Part shown: one piece after another, positions 50,682 to 63,125 of the stretch
Numbering within the stretch: the first letter of the stretch is position 1
Layout of the letters: each line of letters opens with the position of its first letter
NCBI GenBank assembly: GCA_013265495.1
Contig: MU058000.1
Coordinates: 2,914,001 to 2,978,000, forward strand
Reading direction: 5' to 3'
Source of the DNA: Vicugna vicugna
Taxonomy: Eukaryota
Length of the DNA: 64,000 nt
Translations under genes and position numbers: made by a program
Notes under the pieces: generated by a model
Databases searched by the model: none
Told to the model about the DNA's origin: nothing
What the model saw: the letters and a program-made list of their open reading frames with translations, nothing else

Positions 50682-51787
50682 TATTAGTCTGCTGGAGCTG
50701 CATAACAAAACATCATAGAATAGGTGGTTTATACAATAGAAATGTATTTTTTCACAGTTCCAGACACTGAAAGTCCAAGATCAAAGTGCCAGCAGGGTTG
50801 GTGTCTGCTGAGAGTTCTCCCATTTGGTTGTAGATGGCTGTCTTCTTACTGTGCCCTTACGTGGCCTCTTTGTACGTGCGTGGAGAGAACAGAACAAGTA
50901 AGCTCTTTTTTTTTTTAGGTGCAAATCTCGAACTCCCAATATATCCCTTCCCACCCTCTTTGTCCCTGGTAACCATAAGCTTGTTCTCTACGTCTGTGAG
51001 TCTATTTCTGTCTCATAGATAAGTTCATTTGTGTCCTTTGTTTTTTTAGAATCCACATATAAGTGATATCATGTGGTATTTTTCTTTCTCTTTCTGGTTT
51101 ATTTCACTTAGAATGACGACCTCCAGATCCATCCATGTTGCTTCAAATGCCATTATTTCATTCTTTTTTATGGCTGAGTAGTATTCCATTATATAAATAT
51201 ACCACAGCTTCTTTATCCAGTCATCTGTCGATGGACATTTGGGTTGTTTCCATGTCTTAGCTATTGTAAATAGTGCTGCTGTAAACATTGGGGTACATGT
51301 GTCTTTTCAAATCATATTTTCCTCCAGATATATGCCCAGGAGTGGGATTGCTGGATCATATGGTAAGTCTATTTTTAGCTTTTTGATGAATCTCCATACT
51401 GTCCTCTATAGTGGCTGCACCAATTTACATTCCCACCAACAGTATAGGAGAGTTCCTTTTTCTCCACACCCTCTCTAGCATTTATCGTTCTTAGACTTTT
51501 TAATGATGGCCATTCTGACTGGTGTGAGGTGATATCTCATTGTAGTTTTGATTTGCATTTCTCTGACAATTAGTGTTGTTGAGCATCTTTTCATGTTCTT
51601 GTTGGTCATCTGGATGTATTCTTTGGAGAAATGTCTATTTAGGTCTTTTGCCCACTTTTTGATTGGTTTGCTTGTTTCTTTGATATTGAGCTGTTTGTAT
51701 ATTTTGGAAATTGTCCTTTGTCTATCACATCATTTGCAAGCTCTTTTCTTACAAGGACACTAATCCTATTGGATTCAGTCCATAACA
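50682..51787 (-). mobile_element. MLT1A-type LTR split by an L1 insertion (50910-51737)
   Basis: tattagtctgct...cataacaaaa...aagtccaagatcaaagtgccagcagggttggtgtctg; resumes cttacaaggacactaatcctattgg...cagtccataaca. Confidence 0.85.
50910..51737 (-). mobile_element. Camelid L1 (ORF2 C-terminus and 3' UTR) with TSD, lacking the distal 3' UTR
   Basis: Minus-strand ORF 51046-51288 reads [32 protein letters not shown] (L1 ORF2p C-terminus); TSD aagctctttt (50900-50909 / 51738-51747). Confidence 0.93.
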
Positions 51788-52364
51788 ACAGCCAAGGATA
51801 CAATACACATTTAGATCATTTAGGAAAAATTCACTTCATCTATTCTACCCCCATGTAATATTCTGTACTAGGCACAAGTACTTACATACACACATACAGT
51901 TAATTCATCTTCCCAAAGACAAGCACAGTTAAAAATAATTTCATGACAGCCACATGGTGATTTATAGACTGATCCTAGCCTCTGTGTAGACTCTTAGGGA
52001 TTCTAAACAGCTGTCTGTGTTCCTGTAATCCTGTGGAGGTGTGGACAGCTACAGTTGTCCTTTTAAGAAGGAAATCAAATCATCATACATTTTTTTCTCA
52101 AAAGTGTTTACAGCACAGATGCTTCTAATGAAGAGGTTTATGTTTACACTTGGCCTGATGGCAGGCAAATATTTGGTTTGTTCGGGAAACAAAAAGATAG
52201 CTCCAACCCTGAAGGTGGGAAGGAATTTAGAATAGCAATGGGTGGTATTTTCTCTAAGTAGAGTTGGGTTCTAATCCTGGTTTTGGCTCTAATGAATGGG
52301 GGTGCATTGCTTTAGTCCTTCTGATTCCTTTGTTCCTACACAAGCTCTCCTCCCCAGGGCAGCT

Positions 52365-52695
52365 GTTTAAAAATGGAACTCAGACCACATCACTCACCTG
52401 CCCAAAGGCCTCCCATGTCTCCCCATAACTCTTTGATCAAAATCCTTATCACAGTCCTGGGATCCTGCTATGATCTGTTGTTGGACTGTCTCTTAACTGT
52501 ATCCCTCCCGCTCTTACTCTTGCTAACTTTGCCACACCACACCGACCACCCTGCTATTTCTTGAATATATGAAGATTCTTCCCACCTGTGTCCTTTCTGT
52601 ATCCCTTCCCAGAGGTGTAAGCTACTTCCACAGTGCCTATAACAATGCTCAGTGCCTACAGGTATTCAGTGAACATAGGCTGAGTAAATGATGAA
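52365..52695 (+). mobile_element. L2 3' region
   Basis: cagaccacatcactcacctgcccaaaggcctccc...cacagtgcctataacaatgctcagtgcc...aggtattcagtgaacat...gagtaaatga. Confidence 0.7.
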
Positions 52696-53448
52696 ATAAC
52701 ATTCTTATTAATGAAAACAATCCAAACTAAAGATGCTGTCCAGTTGTGAGTTATTGTCCTATAATTATCCTTTAATTAGAAAGGTTCATAATTGCCTAGC
52801 AATTACCTGGTTAACCTGTAGCTGAAATAAATGTATATTTTAAAGTACATTTTTAATTTGCCTTCTATTAGGATAAGATTCTTTGAGTAGAACAGGAATG
52901 GGAACACGTATAGAATGAATCAAAACTTTTACATACTGTATTTTATTCCTGTAAAGGTAGATAACCTCAGGAGAGATTGGGGTTTGTTTAAATGAGGTTC
53001 TAGATTTACACCAAAGAATGTGCTGAGAACTGGAAATGTCTTGGTCATCAATGAGCAGAACAGGGAAGACTTCATCATGGCCAAATCTCGTCACTTGTTG
53101 CTCCCAGAGGCATGAATCAGGATTAGAGATAAAGCAGAACATTTTCACCCCATCCTATGGAAGCCACACACAAAACCCTTAGTTAAAGCCGCTGTGTAGC
53201 CTGGCTTGGCAGGAGAATTCAGCTAGCTACAATCTGTGTGCCTCCTGATCTGAAATCCGTGTCCTCCTGACACTCACGTGAGCCTGCTTTGGGGACAGGA
53301 AGCTAAGCCTCCTTTCCAAAGGTCAAGGGGCAGCTCCTTGAGCCCCTGATGTTTATAGTTATATACTTAGGGATCTTTTGATTGCAGCCGACTTCTCCAT
53401 CTCACTGAGACCCCAGTGGCTCTTGATGGAAAAGTTACCTTCCTCCTC

Positions 53449-53912
53449 TGAGCATCTCCTGTTTCTCCTCTCTATCCTCTCTCTGACCTTTTCCAGCCTG
53501 CCCTGCATCCCCGAGGCTGTCCTGTGTGGCTTACACCAATGGGCCCCCTGGCCCTCTGGTTTTCTATGGGATTCAGATCAAGCAAAGCAGTACTTGTGGA
53601 AAATTGGAGGAAGAGAGGTGCAGAAAGGGCTTGATGCAAGCTTTCCTCGCACTCTCCCTGTAGGTTACTGTTCTTGCTGCTCTCCCCGCCTAGAGGCTAA
53701 ACTGGAGGTCGGACCAGCCCCTCCACACAGCTCTCTTCGTTTTCAGTATCCCCTCACCTACTTACCCGTTTGGCCCTGGGAACAGAAGTAGCCCTGTTAT
53801 TATTAGCTGTGGTCTTAACTCTCTCTGGTGGTTTCCCTTTTAATAGACATAAAATTATCCTCAAATTTCTCAATTTCAGTGGACTGTGTTCTACTAAAAT
53901 TGTGACTATCCA
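53449..53912 (+). mobile_element. LTR33-family (ERVL) LTR
   Basis: ttccagcctgccctgcatccccgaggctg...caccaatgggccccctggccctctggttttc. Confidence 0.7.
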
Positions 53913-56900
53913 TTTATTCATAACCAAAAAGAAAAAATATAATCTCTGTATGTCTGCCCCAAAAGGGCGTATAGATTTTGGAAGCAGCATGATGACCTTA
54001 TGAAGTAATATAGCAGGAAAGTAAGATTTTGGCAGAGACCTGATGGTGCTAGAGAGTGAGCGGTGGACCTGGAGGGGTGGAAATCCAGGCTCCCTTGGAG
54101 GGGATGGACCTTTGCTGGAGGGGATGGACCTCGGACTACAATATTTTTCTGTGCTGTTTGGCTGGAGTAGAGAAGATTTTGTCTAAAAGTGCCTGCAAGT
54201 CTGCTTTTTTCCTGGTCTTTTGGCGAGAGAGAGGGAACTATGATTAGAGAGAGAAGACATTTGAAGGGCTTTTTTTTTGATCTGCACCTGCTGGTATTTG
54301 GAGATGTTGGCTCCTTCAGCACCAAGTCTGGAATTTATGGCAGCCAACAAAAACCCGTAACTCACACAATTGTTAGCGCACTGCCATTCTCTGTGCTGGC
54401 CAATTCTATTTCTCACGGAGAAGCATTTTTGTTCTTTTGGTTGATGTAAATCTAGGTGGTGTTTGAAAGTTGTCTATGTTAGCCGGAGGAGAGGGCTGGT
54501 GAGAAACTGTCTTCTAGAACTGATCCCAGTGGATCTTTTCCAGGTATCCCTCATAATGGGCCACCTTGTCATTTTTTTCAGCTTTTCAGCGCATATTTCT
54601 TTTGATCCTAAGGTTTGGTCTTAGGAAAATTTGAAAGTCATGATCCTAATTTATCAAGCCCTCTCCTTACAGTTAAAATATGTGATTAAACTGTCCATGG
54701 CAAGAGTATCACTTTTCCTCTCTCAATGTGTGGACTGGAAGTCAAATGTTTCCGAATCCTCATGAAGTATGTCATTATGGGTTTGCGAGTCTCAGGCTGT
54801 GCTATTTCTCAGTAAACTTGTTTGGGCCCTGTGGTAATGATAGAATTTGGAACTAAAGTGTATCCCAGAGCCCACAGTTTACCGAGATGTTGTCAAATCT
54901 GCATATTTGGAACGGAAATCATCCTCTTGGTTACTTCCTTGCCATGACACGATAGAAACAAACATCAGTTAGAAAACCAGTCTTCAGTGATCTACAGCTT
55001 CACGTCTTCCATGTTACTTCCCATTTTCTGGAGTCTATTAAATGTATTTTTTTCACACTTACCACTGGCGACTTTGGAGGGTGACTATGTCTAGCTGCTT
55101 TGCTTAAATTAACAGTGTCGGCCAAATTCTCGGCAAGAAAATCTGTCACATCTTGATAAATCATCTCTTTCTACCATAGAGCAGCTGGACAGCACAGTCA
55201 CAGCTGCTACTTTCCATTGCAGAACTCAGTGTCGAATAAAACGATTCCTGTGGGCCTTTGGGTATCTTTCAGGAGAACACCTTCCTGATCTTTACCATTA
55301 AAGCACCTCCAGGTGGGAACTGAGTGAAATTCACCAAAAATACAGCTGGCTTGAGAGCAACAGGGATATTATTTTTATTAGTAGTTATTTTTTTCTGATT
55401 ATGCACATATTGCAGTGAAATTGTTTCCAAATTTGGCAAGCCTTACAAAAGTCTGTTTCATCATAAACCTGTCTGTTCTGAAACAAGTGAAAGATATCGT
55501 TACTTTCAACATTGAAGGCCCTTTCTTTCTCCTTTCCTTTATTCAGGTCGACTTGATCCAAACTGATAAAGAGAATACCTTAAAGGGAAATCCTGGATTA
55601 GGTCCTGGACCTGCTCATTCTCATTCCCATAGTCTCTCCCGGTTCCCCTTCTTTCCCTGAGTTGCTAGATTACTGATGAAATCTCTTACAAATTCAGTTT
55701 CCCTTGGAAGCTGATGCCACTGAGTCAAATCCATTAATAAGATTTTTGTAACTGTGGTGTGATTTTATTTTTTTTGAGGTTTTGCTTTAATGGGTAATAG
55801 CAAAATAGGTCACTTTTGAAAAATGAAAAACTCATCTACATTTAAAGCCATTTCTAAGGTCATGCCAACATGTTTCAGTGGCATTTATTATGGCGTGGCC
55901 ATTTTGTCACGTGGTGGAGAGGAATTAGACTGACTGATCACAAGGCTATTCTATTCAGAGGCTAAAGGAGCTTAAAACATTGTGAGAATGTTTTTGGCCA
56001 GCTACTTTCTACTTATTTGGGTTATCATTATTTTACATGCGTGCATTATATACACATAGTTGTGTTCAAGTGTACAGAAAAGGATGTTGTAGGGGCAGAA
56101 ACACAGCTTAACCACTGGTTCTAATAAAATGCCAGCATTCAGTTGCTCAAAAGTCTTCATTTAACGTACCTGAAAAATGGAACCAATTACAGAAGTCCTG
56201 AAATAGAATTTCTCGGGTTATGCAAAAACACCTGTGTCCCTAACGTTGTTCTAAGAAAATAGAACGTTCATATGTAGACTTTGTAGGCATATAGATGCTA
56301 ATCCAAAGTGATATACCAGGTGCTCTCTGGATGGGCTGTGGCAAGTCCCTTGACTGGGGAATATTCACAAGATTACAGTGAGATAAAGTAGACACATTCC
56401 TCACATGGTCCCTGGTAAAAACTATGTACTCAAAATGGGTATTTTCCTTGTCTTTCTTGGAATTTAAGTCCCAAATAACAGAACTAACCCTCAGATACAT
56501 TCTGAAGGCCGTCAAGGACATCAGTTTCCAGGAGTACGGGAGGACATTTGCAAGCTCTATCCCTCCTGAAAAACAGGCAGACTTGCCATTTTCCCTGAAT
56601 CATCGTAATAAAAACAAAACTCTTTCAATATTAGCAATCAGGCAGCAGATCCCTAGGCTTTGAGGGCACTACAGAAATGTAGAAGCTACAGGAAGAATTG
56701 CCAAAATATGAACTGGTCCCAGAACTGCGACATTAACTATGTCCTTCAGTGAAATTTCATCATTTTCACCTAAAGCTACTTTAAAAAAAAAATTGGGCAT
56801 GGAGAAGAGGAGGGGAAGGGAGGTGGTGGTTTGTTGCTTTTTAGGTGGAAAGAACAACTGAGTTAAAGAAGATTCTAAATCCAGGACTAGAGGAATGATA

Positions 56901-58139
56901 GCTTGTATGTGTGCCTATGGAGTTCCTTGGTGGTCCCCAATCTTGGAAAAAAATTATTTTTGTAAACCAAGATAATCTGGAACAGATTATAAGGAAATCC
57001 ATCAGAAAAATAAATACAGAGTGTCTGCTGTGTCATGAGGATGTCCATTAGCGGAGCAGCACTGGAAATACGGTGAGAGAATTGTTTGTTTTTTGTAATT
57101 TTACACAGTTGTGTTTCTGTCTAGCTTGATCAATGCTGGTCTTGTATCCTAAATCTCCCTTTCTCTGCCTTCCTAGTGAGTCACTGACCATATGGCTCCA
57201 GCTCCCAGTCTGGCTGCTAAGGAAGAAGGAAAAAAATAACTAGTCTTGATAAACATGTAGACCATTCGGGGTATGAGGCTGACATAGCTGAGTCTTTCGG
57301 CACAGTCTAAAGAGAATTGACACATTGAATCTCATTTGAGGCCAAGTGGACCCTTTCCTCATCTAAGCACTGAGTTCATCTACAGCGTCTTTCAGAGCTA
57401 AATTCAAATTGCTTACCATTTTATTTACATTGCATCTGTAGTTCTGCTAGGATTTGTTACATCGGGAGAAGATGCTTGTGTTTCTAAGGAATCCACGCCT
57501 TTATGCTTAACTCTGTCCAATAATTTTCTTGAGCCTTAAACGTTTTTGCAAATATTTTTATAATTCTTTTTCTCATGCTTTTGCAAGGCAAGTGGTATGT
57601 ACTGCATTATTTATTCTCTCTACCAGGAATGTTGACTTGCTTTATAAAAACATCATCTTACATCAGTGATTGCATTTTATATCAAAATGTTGGAAAGAGT
57701 TTTAAAATGATTCCTCCTTTTTAAATAATGAGTAAAATAGAGCATTGGTGCCATGTAAACTACTGTCTTTCTGCATGATTTTCTTCTCAAACCTTTGATG
57801 CTGTGTGCAATTTAGTAAATTTAAGAAGAAAATCTGTAATGTAAGTGTTTTAAGGTTGATTATTTTTATTTGATTACAGTTATTTAAAAAAAGACCAAAT
57901 GGAAGGGCAATCTTTGTTAAGGAAAACTATGAACTGTCAGATGAGAAAAGTTTTTTAAAAATGGTTTTTATTCAATCTTTCATTGAACTTTCCTGAACTT
58001 TGAAACAAACAAGGAAGATTAGTCACATGTTAAAGACAAAAAGAGCAATAGATCTCTGAATCAAAATTTTTCTTTATGTGTTTTTTCTACCAGATAATAC
58101 CTACTATAGTGAAAAATTTTTGAGAGTAGTTTATTTTTT

Positions 58140-58528
58140 TCACTTTGCTTATGATAAATTTCCCCAGTGCAAAATTAGTGTTTTTATTATCTTTGTGCAG
58201 TGAAATATATCAAATTTTTCAATTGTATCTTTGTCACAATAGGGAATTTTCACCCCTAGGTTATAAAAAGAGACACGTTTTCTTCCAGCATTTGTTCTGT
58301 TTTTTTTGTGTCTGTTACCTTTAGATATCTGATACAGTTGGAATTTACCCTCTTATATTGTGTGAAATTTGAACTCAATTTTATTATTTTCCAAGTCCAT
58401 CTTGTTGTTGCAACACGTCATTTATTAAAAAAAAAAAAAAGCCTTTTACCCGACTAGTTTGAGATGCCATCATTAGAATATATTAAATTGCCATAAATCC
58501 TTACATCTGTTTCAGGACTTTCTGTTCT
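58140..58528 (-). mobile_element. Old L1ME-type fragment
   Basis: tttagatatctgatacagttggaattta...catttattaaaa...tttgagatgccatcattagaatatattaaatt...atctgtttcaggactttctgttctg. Confidence 0.7.
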
Positions 58529-58532
58529 GTAC

Positions 58533-59219
58533 TCTGGGGGAGCTAAAATTTTCCTCCACTCTCCTCTGATCGCTGCCAGGGACTGACATAAGGCAGACTA
58601 ACAAGAGAAATGAGTATGACTTACATTTACAATGGTATGAGAGACCTACAGGAAAAATGAAGACCCAAAGAAGAGACCGGGCCTAAGTGATTATGTACTA
58701 GGTTGAACAAAGAGTGGCAATTGTGGAAAAGCAACTAGAATATAGGGGAGCCTGAGAGAAGATAAGGGTGATTTGAACAAAGTCTGTTGGCACAGATGAC
58801 CTCTTAGAAGCCACAGCTTTCCATCTCTGATGATAAGAATGTTTCTTTCCTCTTGGTAGAAGGGAAGTACCCTTCACATGGCATGTTATTCCTTTTCTTT
58901 TCTTTTTTAGTGTTTTGTTGATTCGTTTGTTTATTTTTTGGTGGGGATGGTAATTAAGTTTATTTATTTATTTCCTTATTTACTTACTTATTTATTTTTA
59001 GCAGAGGTACTGGGGATTGAACCCAGGACCTCGTCCGTGCTAAGCCTGCGCTCTACCACTGAGCTATCCCCTCCACCCTGGAATGTTATTTCCTGCTTTC
59101 AGGAAGAAAAGGGAAGTCAGAGTAGCCTTTGTGCCTCTGCTATGTTTCAAGTGCCTTTAACTCAAAATCACTAACATGCTAGTGGCATTTTGGGGGATGG
59201 CGTTTCCTGAATTCCTTCA
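58533..59219 (-). mobile_element. MER34A-like ERV1 solo LTR (contains a Vic-1 SINE)
   Basis: Minus strand starts tgaaggaattcaggaaacgccatcccccaaaatgccact...gattttgagttaaaggcacttgaaa; 4-bp TSD gtac (58529-58532 / 59220-59223). Confidence 0.85.
58891..59078 (-). mobile_element. Vic-1-type camelid SINE (long-tailed form)
   Basis: gaggtactggggattgaacccaggacctcg..cgtgctaagc.tgcgctctaccactgagcta; TSD tgg(c/a)atgttatt (58879-58890 / 59079-59090). Confidence 0.93.
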
Positions 59220-59862
59220 GTACCATCAGTCTGTTCACGAACCAGTAAAACTCCTAGTGGGCCAAGCAGTTCTCCTGAGTCCCACTGCTACCCTCGTGGA
59301 ACTTCAGGTCAATAGAGGCATATGGTAATTGTCTATTAGCACCTGATGAACACTGGGATTCTGTAGAGAAAGCCTATGTGATACTCTACATCGCTAGAAT
59401 TACAGAGGTGCTTGTACAAGTCATAAAGCAGAAATAGGAATAGTTACAGCTCAATAATATTCTAATTGATTTAAATACTAAAAAATAAAATGTTAAACCC
59501 ATCTGTTTGCTTTCATCCAAATTGTCTTCCAAAATTTGGTAATTAGGGAAGTAGACATTATCTGTGTACATTTTTTTGTATTCATATGTACCCAATTAAT
59601 AAATTTATCCTATAATATATAGCTTTTAAAGATAATTTAACATATTTTTAATCATTATTATTTATATACTTAAAGAACTTTGTATATAACAATGTATTTT
59701 GTGGGATGATTTCTAAAATAACCAGACCAAATTTTTCATGTATGGATTCTGGAATTCATCTCATTGCTTAATTCTTTATGTGTTAATTCAGTATTACTTT
59801 CATTCCCCATTCAGCATTCCTTCCAGTATTCATTTCATTTGGTAAAATGCATTTGTGCAAGT

Positions 59863-59945
59863 GTACATATATACAGATATATACATATATATGTATACAC
59901 ATACATGTAACATATATATAATACATAAAATCTACATTATATATT
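59863..59945. repeat. Degenerate (TA/CA)n simple repeat
   Basis: tacatatatacagatatatacatatatatgtatacacatacatg... Confidence 0.8.
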
Positions 59946-60089
59946 TTTCAATAGAGTAACGCCATATTGTTAATAGAGAGAATCCATATGTCACCATTCC
60001 AACGCATCTCAGTGTTTGTCACTCCTTGGCTCAATTGTAGGAGGTAAGATTCAGTGAACATCAGGTGTAACTCCTCAGCTCCTCACTTA

Positions 60090-60092
<3 letters not shown>

Positions 60093-60121
<29 letters not shown>
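60093..60121. repeat. (CA)n microsatellite
   Basis: Seen directly. Confidence 0.95.
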
Positions 60122-60122
<1 letters not shown>

Positions 60123-60849
60123 CCCTTACATGATGCACCAGGTTCTGAATCACTTAGAATAATATTTTGGAAATACCCAATTTACTGGAAGTAGTCCTCT
60201 ATCTCCAGTCTGTGCCCACTGAGATCTAACACTGTGAATTTCTTGTCACTCTTTTCTACTGAGACCTTTACCACGGCACCAGGGTTACATCCCGTGAGCC
60301 AGCAGGCAGACATTGGCATGCTGAAATAATTTCAATGGCCCTGTACTTTAAGATTTCTCCTCTTCATTTGAAAATTTGACTTAGTTTAGCCGGGCATAAT
60401 CTTCCCACTCATCGTCGTATGCCAGGTTCCTTCATATGACGAAAATAAGTGAAAATAAGTATTCACGTCTTATTTTCCTCCAAGACTATGACCAACAAGG
60501 ACATCTATCTTTCTCCAGCAAACACCCAATCACAAACACAAACCTACAGCTGCTACACTTTCCTTTGAAGCTGGATTCTGTTCCAGAATCCCTTGTATTA
60601 ATTCAGAACTGTGTCTCTGGGTACAACTGCTATCAAGATCTTAAAAGCCTTTCTGCTGTGGTGCATTGCATCACGTGGACTAATTCCTTCACTCTTGCCC
60701 TCAGCAGCTCCCAGGTCTTGGTGATTTACACTCACGGTCATTGCTACTGTTTCAATGGGAGCCATGGTATTCTCTGCTGTCCTTGCGAAGCCTTGACAAT
60801 CTTGGATTGATTATCACCCAGGCAAATGACCTCTACTTGGCCAACATGT

Positions 60850-61300
60850 GTAACAGAGAGAGAACTGGGTTTAGTGAGAGTGATGTAAATTGAGAACCAG
60901 TTTCTTCTCCTTCTTAACTTGATAAATTGGACACATAAATTTATTTTAAATTTAAATTCATTCTGCCTTAGTTTCCTGGTTTGTTTAATGAGGATAATAT
61001 CCATATACTATTGTATTTCCATTGAGGATTAAATGATACCAAGCATATGTGTAATTATATGAAAAAATCAACCATTTGTATTATGTATTATTATCTTCTA
61101 GTTGCTTTACATGCATTATCTCTAGTCCTTACAATAACAGTAAAAGCCATTTGTTTGTCATCATAATTTCTTTGCAAATGAAGCTCTGGAAGTCTAATTG
61201 ACTTACTCTAGGCCCCTCTGGTATTCAATGCCAGAACTAGTGTTTAACTTATAATACCTGGTTCCAACACCCATACACCTTGCATCATACCATTCTATCT
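60850..61300. mobile_element. Two MIR fragments in opposite orientation
   Basis: tctgccttagtttcctggtttgtttaatgaggataat...gaggattaaatgata (+); tttgcaaatgaagctctgga...tgacttactctagg (-). Confidence 0.55.
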
Positions 61301-62919
61301 TCACCAATCAGTACTTGGCACAAATAAAGTACTCAGTAAATGTTGTTTTTCCCATCCCCATTAAGATAATATAATTATTAGTCACAGAAAGAACTGAATA
61401 AAGTTACTACTACACTAACCAGGGTGTGGGTTTTTTGAGACAAGCAATCTTGACTTACTCGTAACTACTTCTCCCAGAGTATTCAACACGTATAATGATG
61501 TGCAACAAATTTTTGTTGAATTGCTGGAAAATTATGAAATTCAATTTTGATTGGAAAATGAGAGTTATAATATTAGTGTGTTAATTTTTATGTGCATGAA
61601 TTCAGAAGAAAACTTGAGCAAGGAAAGATCTTAATAAAGAGTGTGAAGTCATGACAACCTGGAGGCATTTAATCCATGGGCAACATGGATCTATTTATAG
61701 AGGATCGTTAGGAATACAACCAAAACATAATTGAATTCAGATTCAACAACACTATTAAGTTAAAAGCCAGAATAAATGTAAAATAAAAAGTTCAGATCAG
61801 TCATGCTTAGAGTAACTGCTTTTTATTCTCTTTCTTTCAAAGCAATTTAGTAGTTCATTTGATTAGATGTTAGGGCTGTTGTGGAGGGGGGACAGAATGA
61901 GTGGGAACTCTTGTTCAGGTTGATTTTAATAGGAGTCTTATCCATTTGGAAAAAAGATAACCTCACACATGGCTCTACTTCTATGATAAATGGCTGTCAC
62001 AATCATGGCAGCCAATGAGCCAGAATTTCAACTACAGCCAAAGTTCATGTTCACACTGGGTTGCAAACAGAGCCAATGCGTGTTGAAAGCAGTCAATAAA
62101 TGGCTTCAGGAACAGGCCAGTCTTCCTGAAGAAGTCATTTCTCTACCAAATGCTGTCTATTCACAGTGGGCTGAAGGTGATAACTATCCATCTTCTCAAT
62201 GAGCTGCTATCATACAGGGAAATTTTCATCCAAATAATGACACATAGATATTATTCCTCAGATTAATGTGATTGTGACCCTTTGCCAAATTACAATGGAA
62301 ATAAAAATCTCTTGGTGATATGAGACACATTTAAATTCAGACCTTTTAAAAATGACACCAGTTCCCAAAGAAATAATGCCCCTAGTGTGTATTTGTGCAA
62401 TCTTGAGAGGCAGTAAGATGATGGTGACTTTACTTCAAGTCAACATCTTTATCAGTTTTTATGACTTTAACAAATACACAAGATAATTATTTATGTGCAT
62501 GTTTTGTAAAGGCATTTGCATTGAATAGAACAGCAACATCAAGTGTGCCCTTTGTTTAATTAGCCTGAATAAACAGAAGAATTTACCAGTCAGTCTCTCA
62601 GATGGAATGAACTGATTAATAGAATTTTCATTAGCAGAGGCTTTGTAAAAAGATGACACTCAGAAAAGGAAAAAGGCAAGGGAAATATTTTTGATTTATG
62701 TAGCCTTTTTTGACCATAAAATGCAACTTGTAGTCAGTAAATCCATCCCCATGTGTTTATGGAGACAGTCTATATGATGCTCAAGTCAGTGTGTTAACAT
62801 GCTGTAAAGAATGCAAATAATTGTGCTCTGTATTACTCCATATGATGCTGTCACTGACTTTAGGAGAATATAAGATAGTTTGTACATAGTTAAACAGTAG
62901 GTGATATTGGAAGAGGGGC

Positions 62920-63125
62920 AACCGACATTGTGAACACTTTCTGCATGCTAGACTATTTAGAAACTATTTCTTTCTTTCTCACAGTAAATCTTGCCCAGGG
63001 GACATCATTCTGGATTTTGAAATAAGAAAACCATGACCTAGCAAATGTAAATTCTTTGGCCAAGGCTGCATAACTGGTCATTGATGGAACCAAACTTCAA
63101 TTCAAACCTTTCTTAAAGCCCACAC
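62920..63125 (-). mobile_element. MIR SINE
   Basis: attttgaaataagaaaacca...ggccaaggctgcataactggtcattgatggaacc...ttcaaacc. Confidence 0.55.

Noticed and set aside
44544..51763. ORFs with protein-like text (44544-44789, 46453-46752, 51046-51288, 51239-51478, 51548-51763)
   Set aside because: They are sense or antisense translations of decayed L1 ORF2/3' UTR, not host genes
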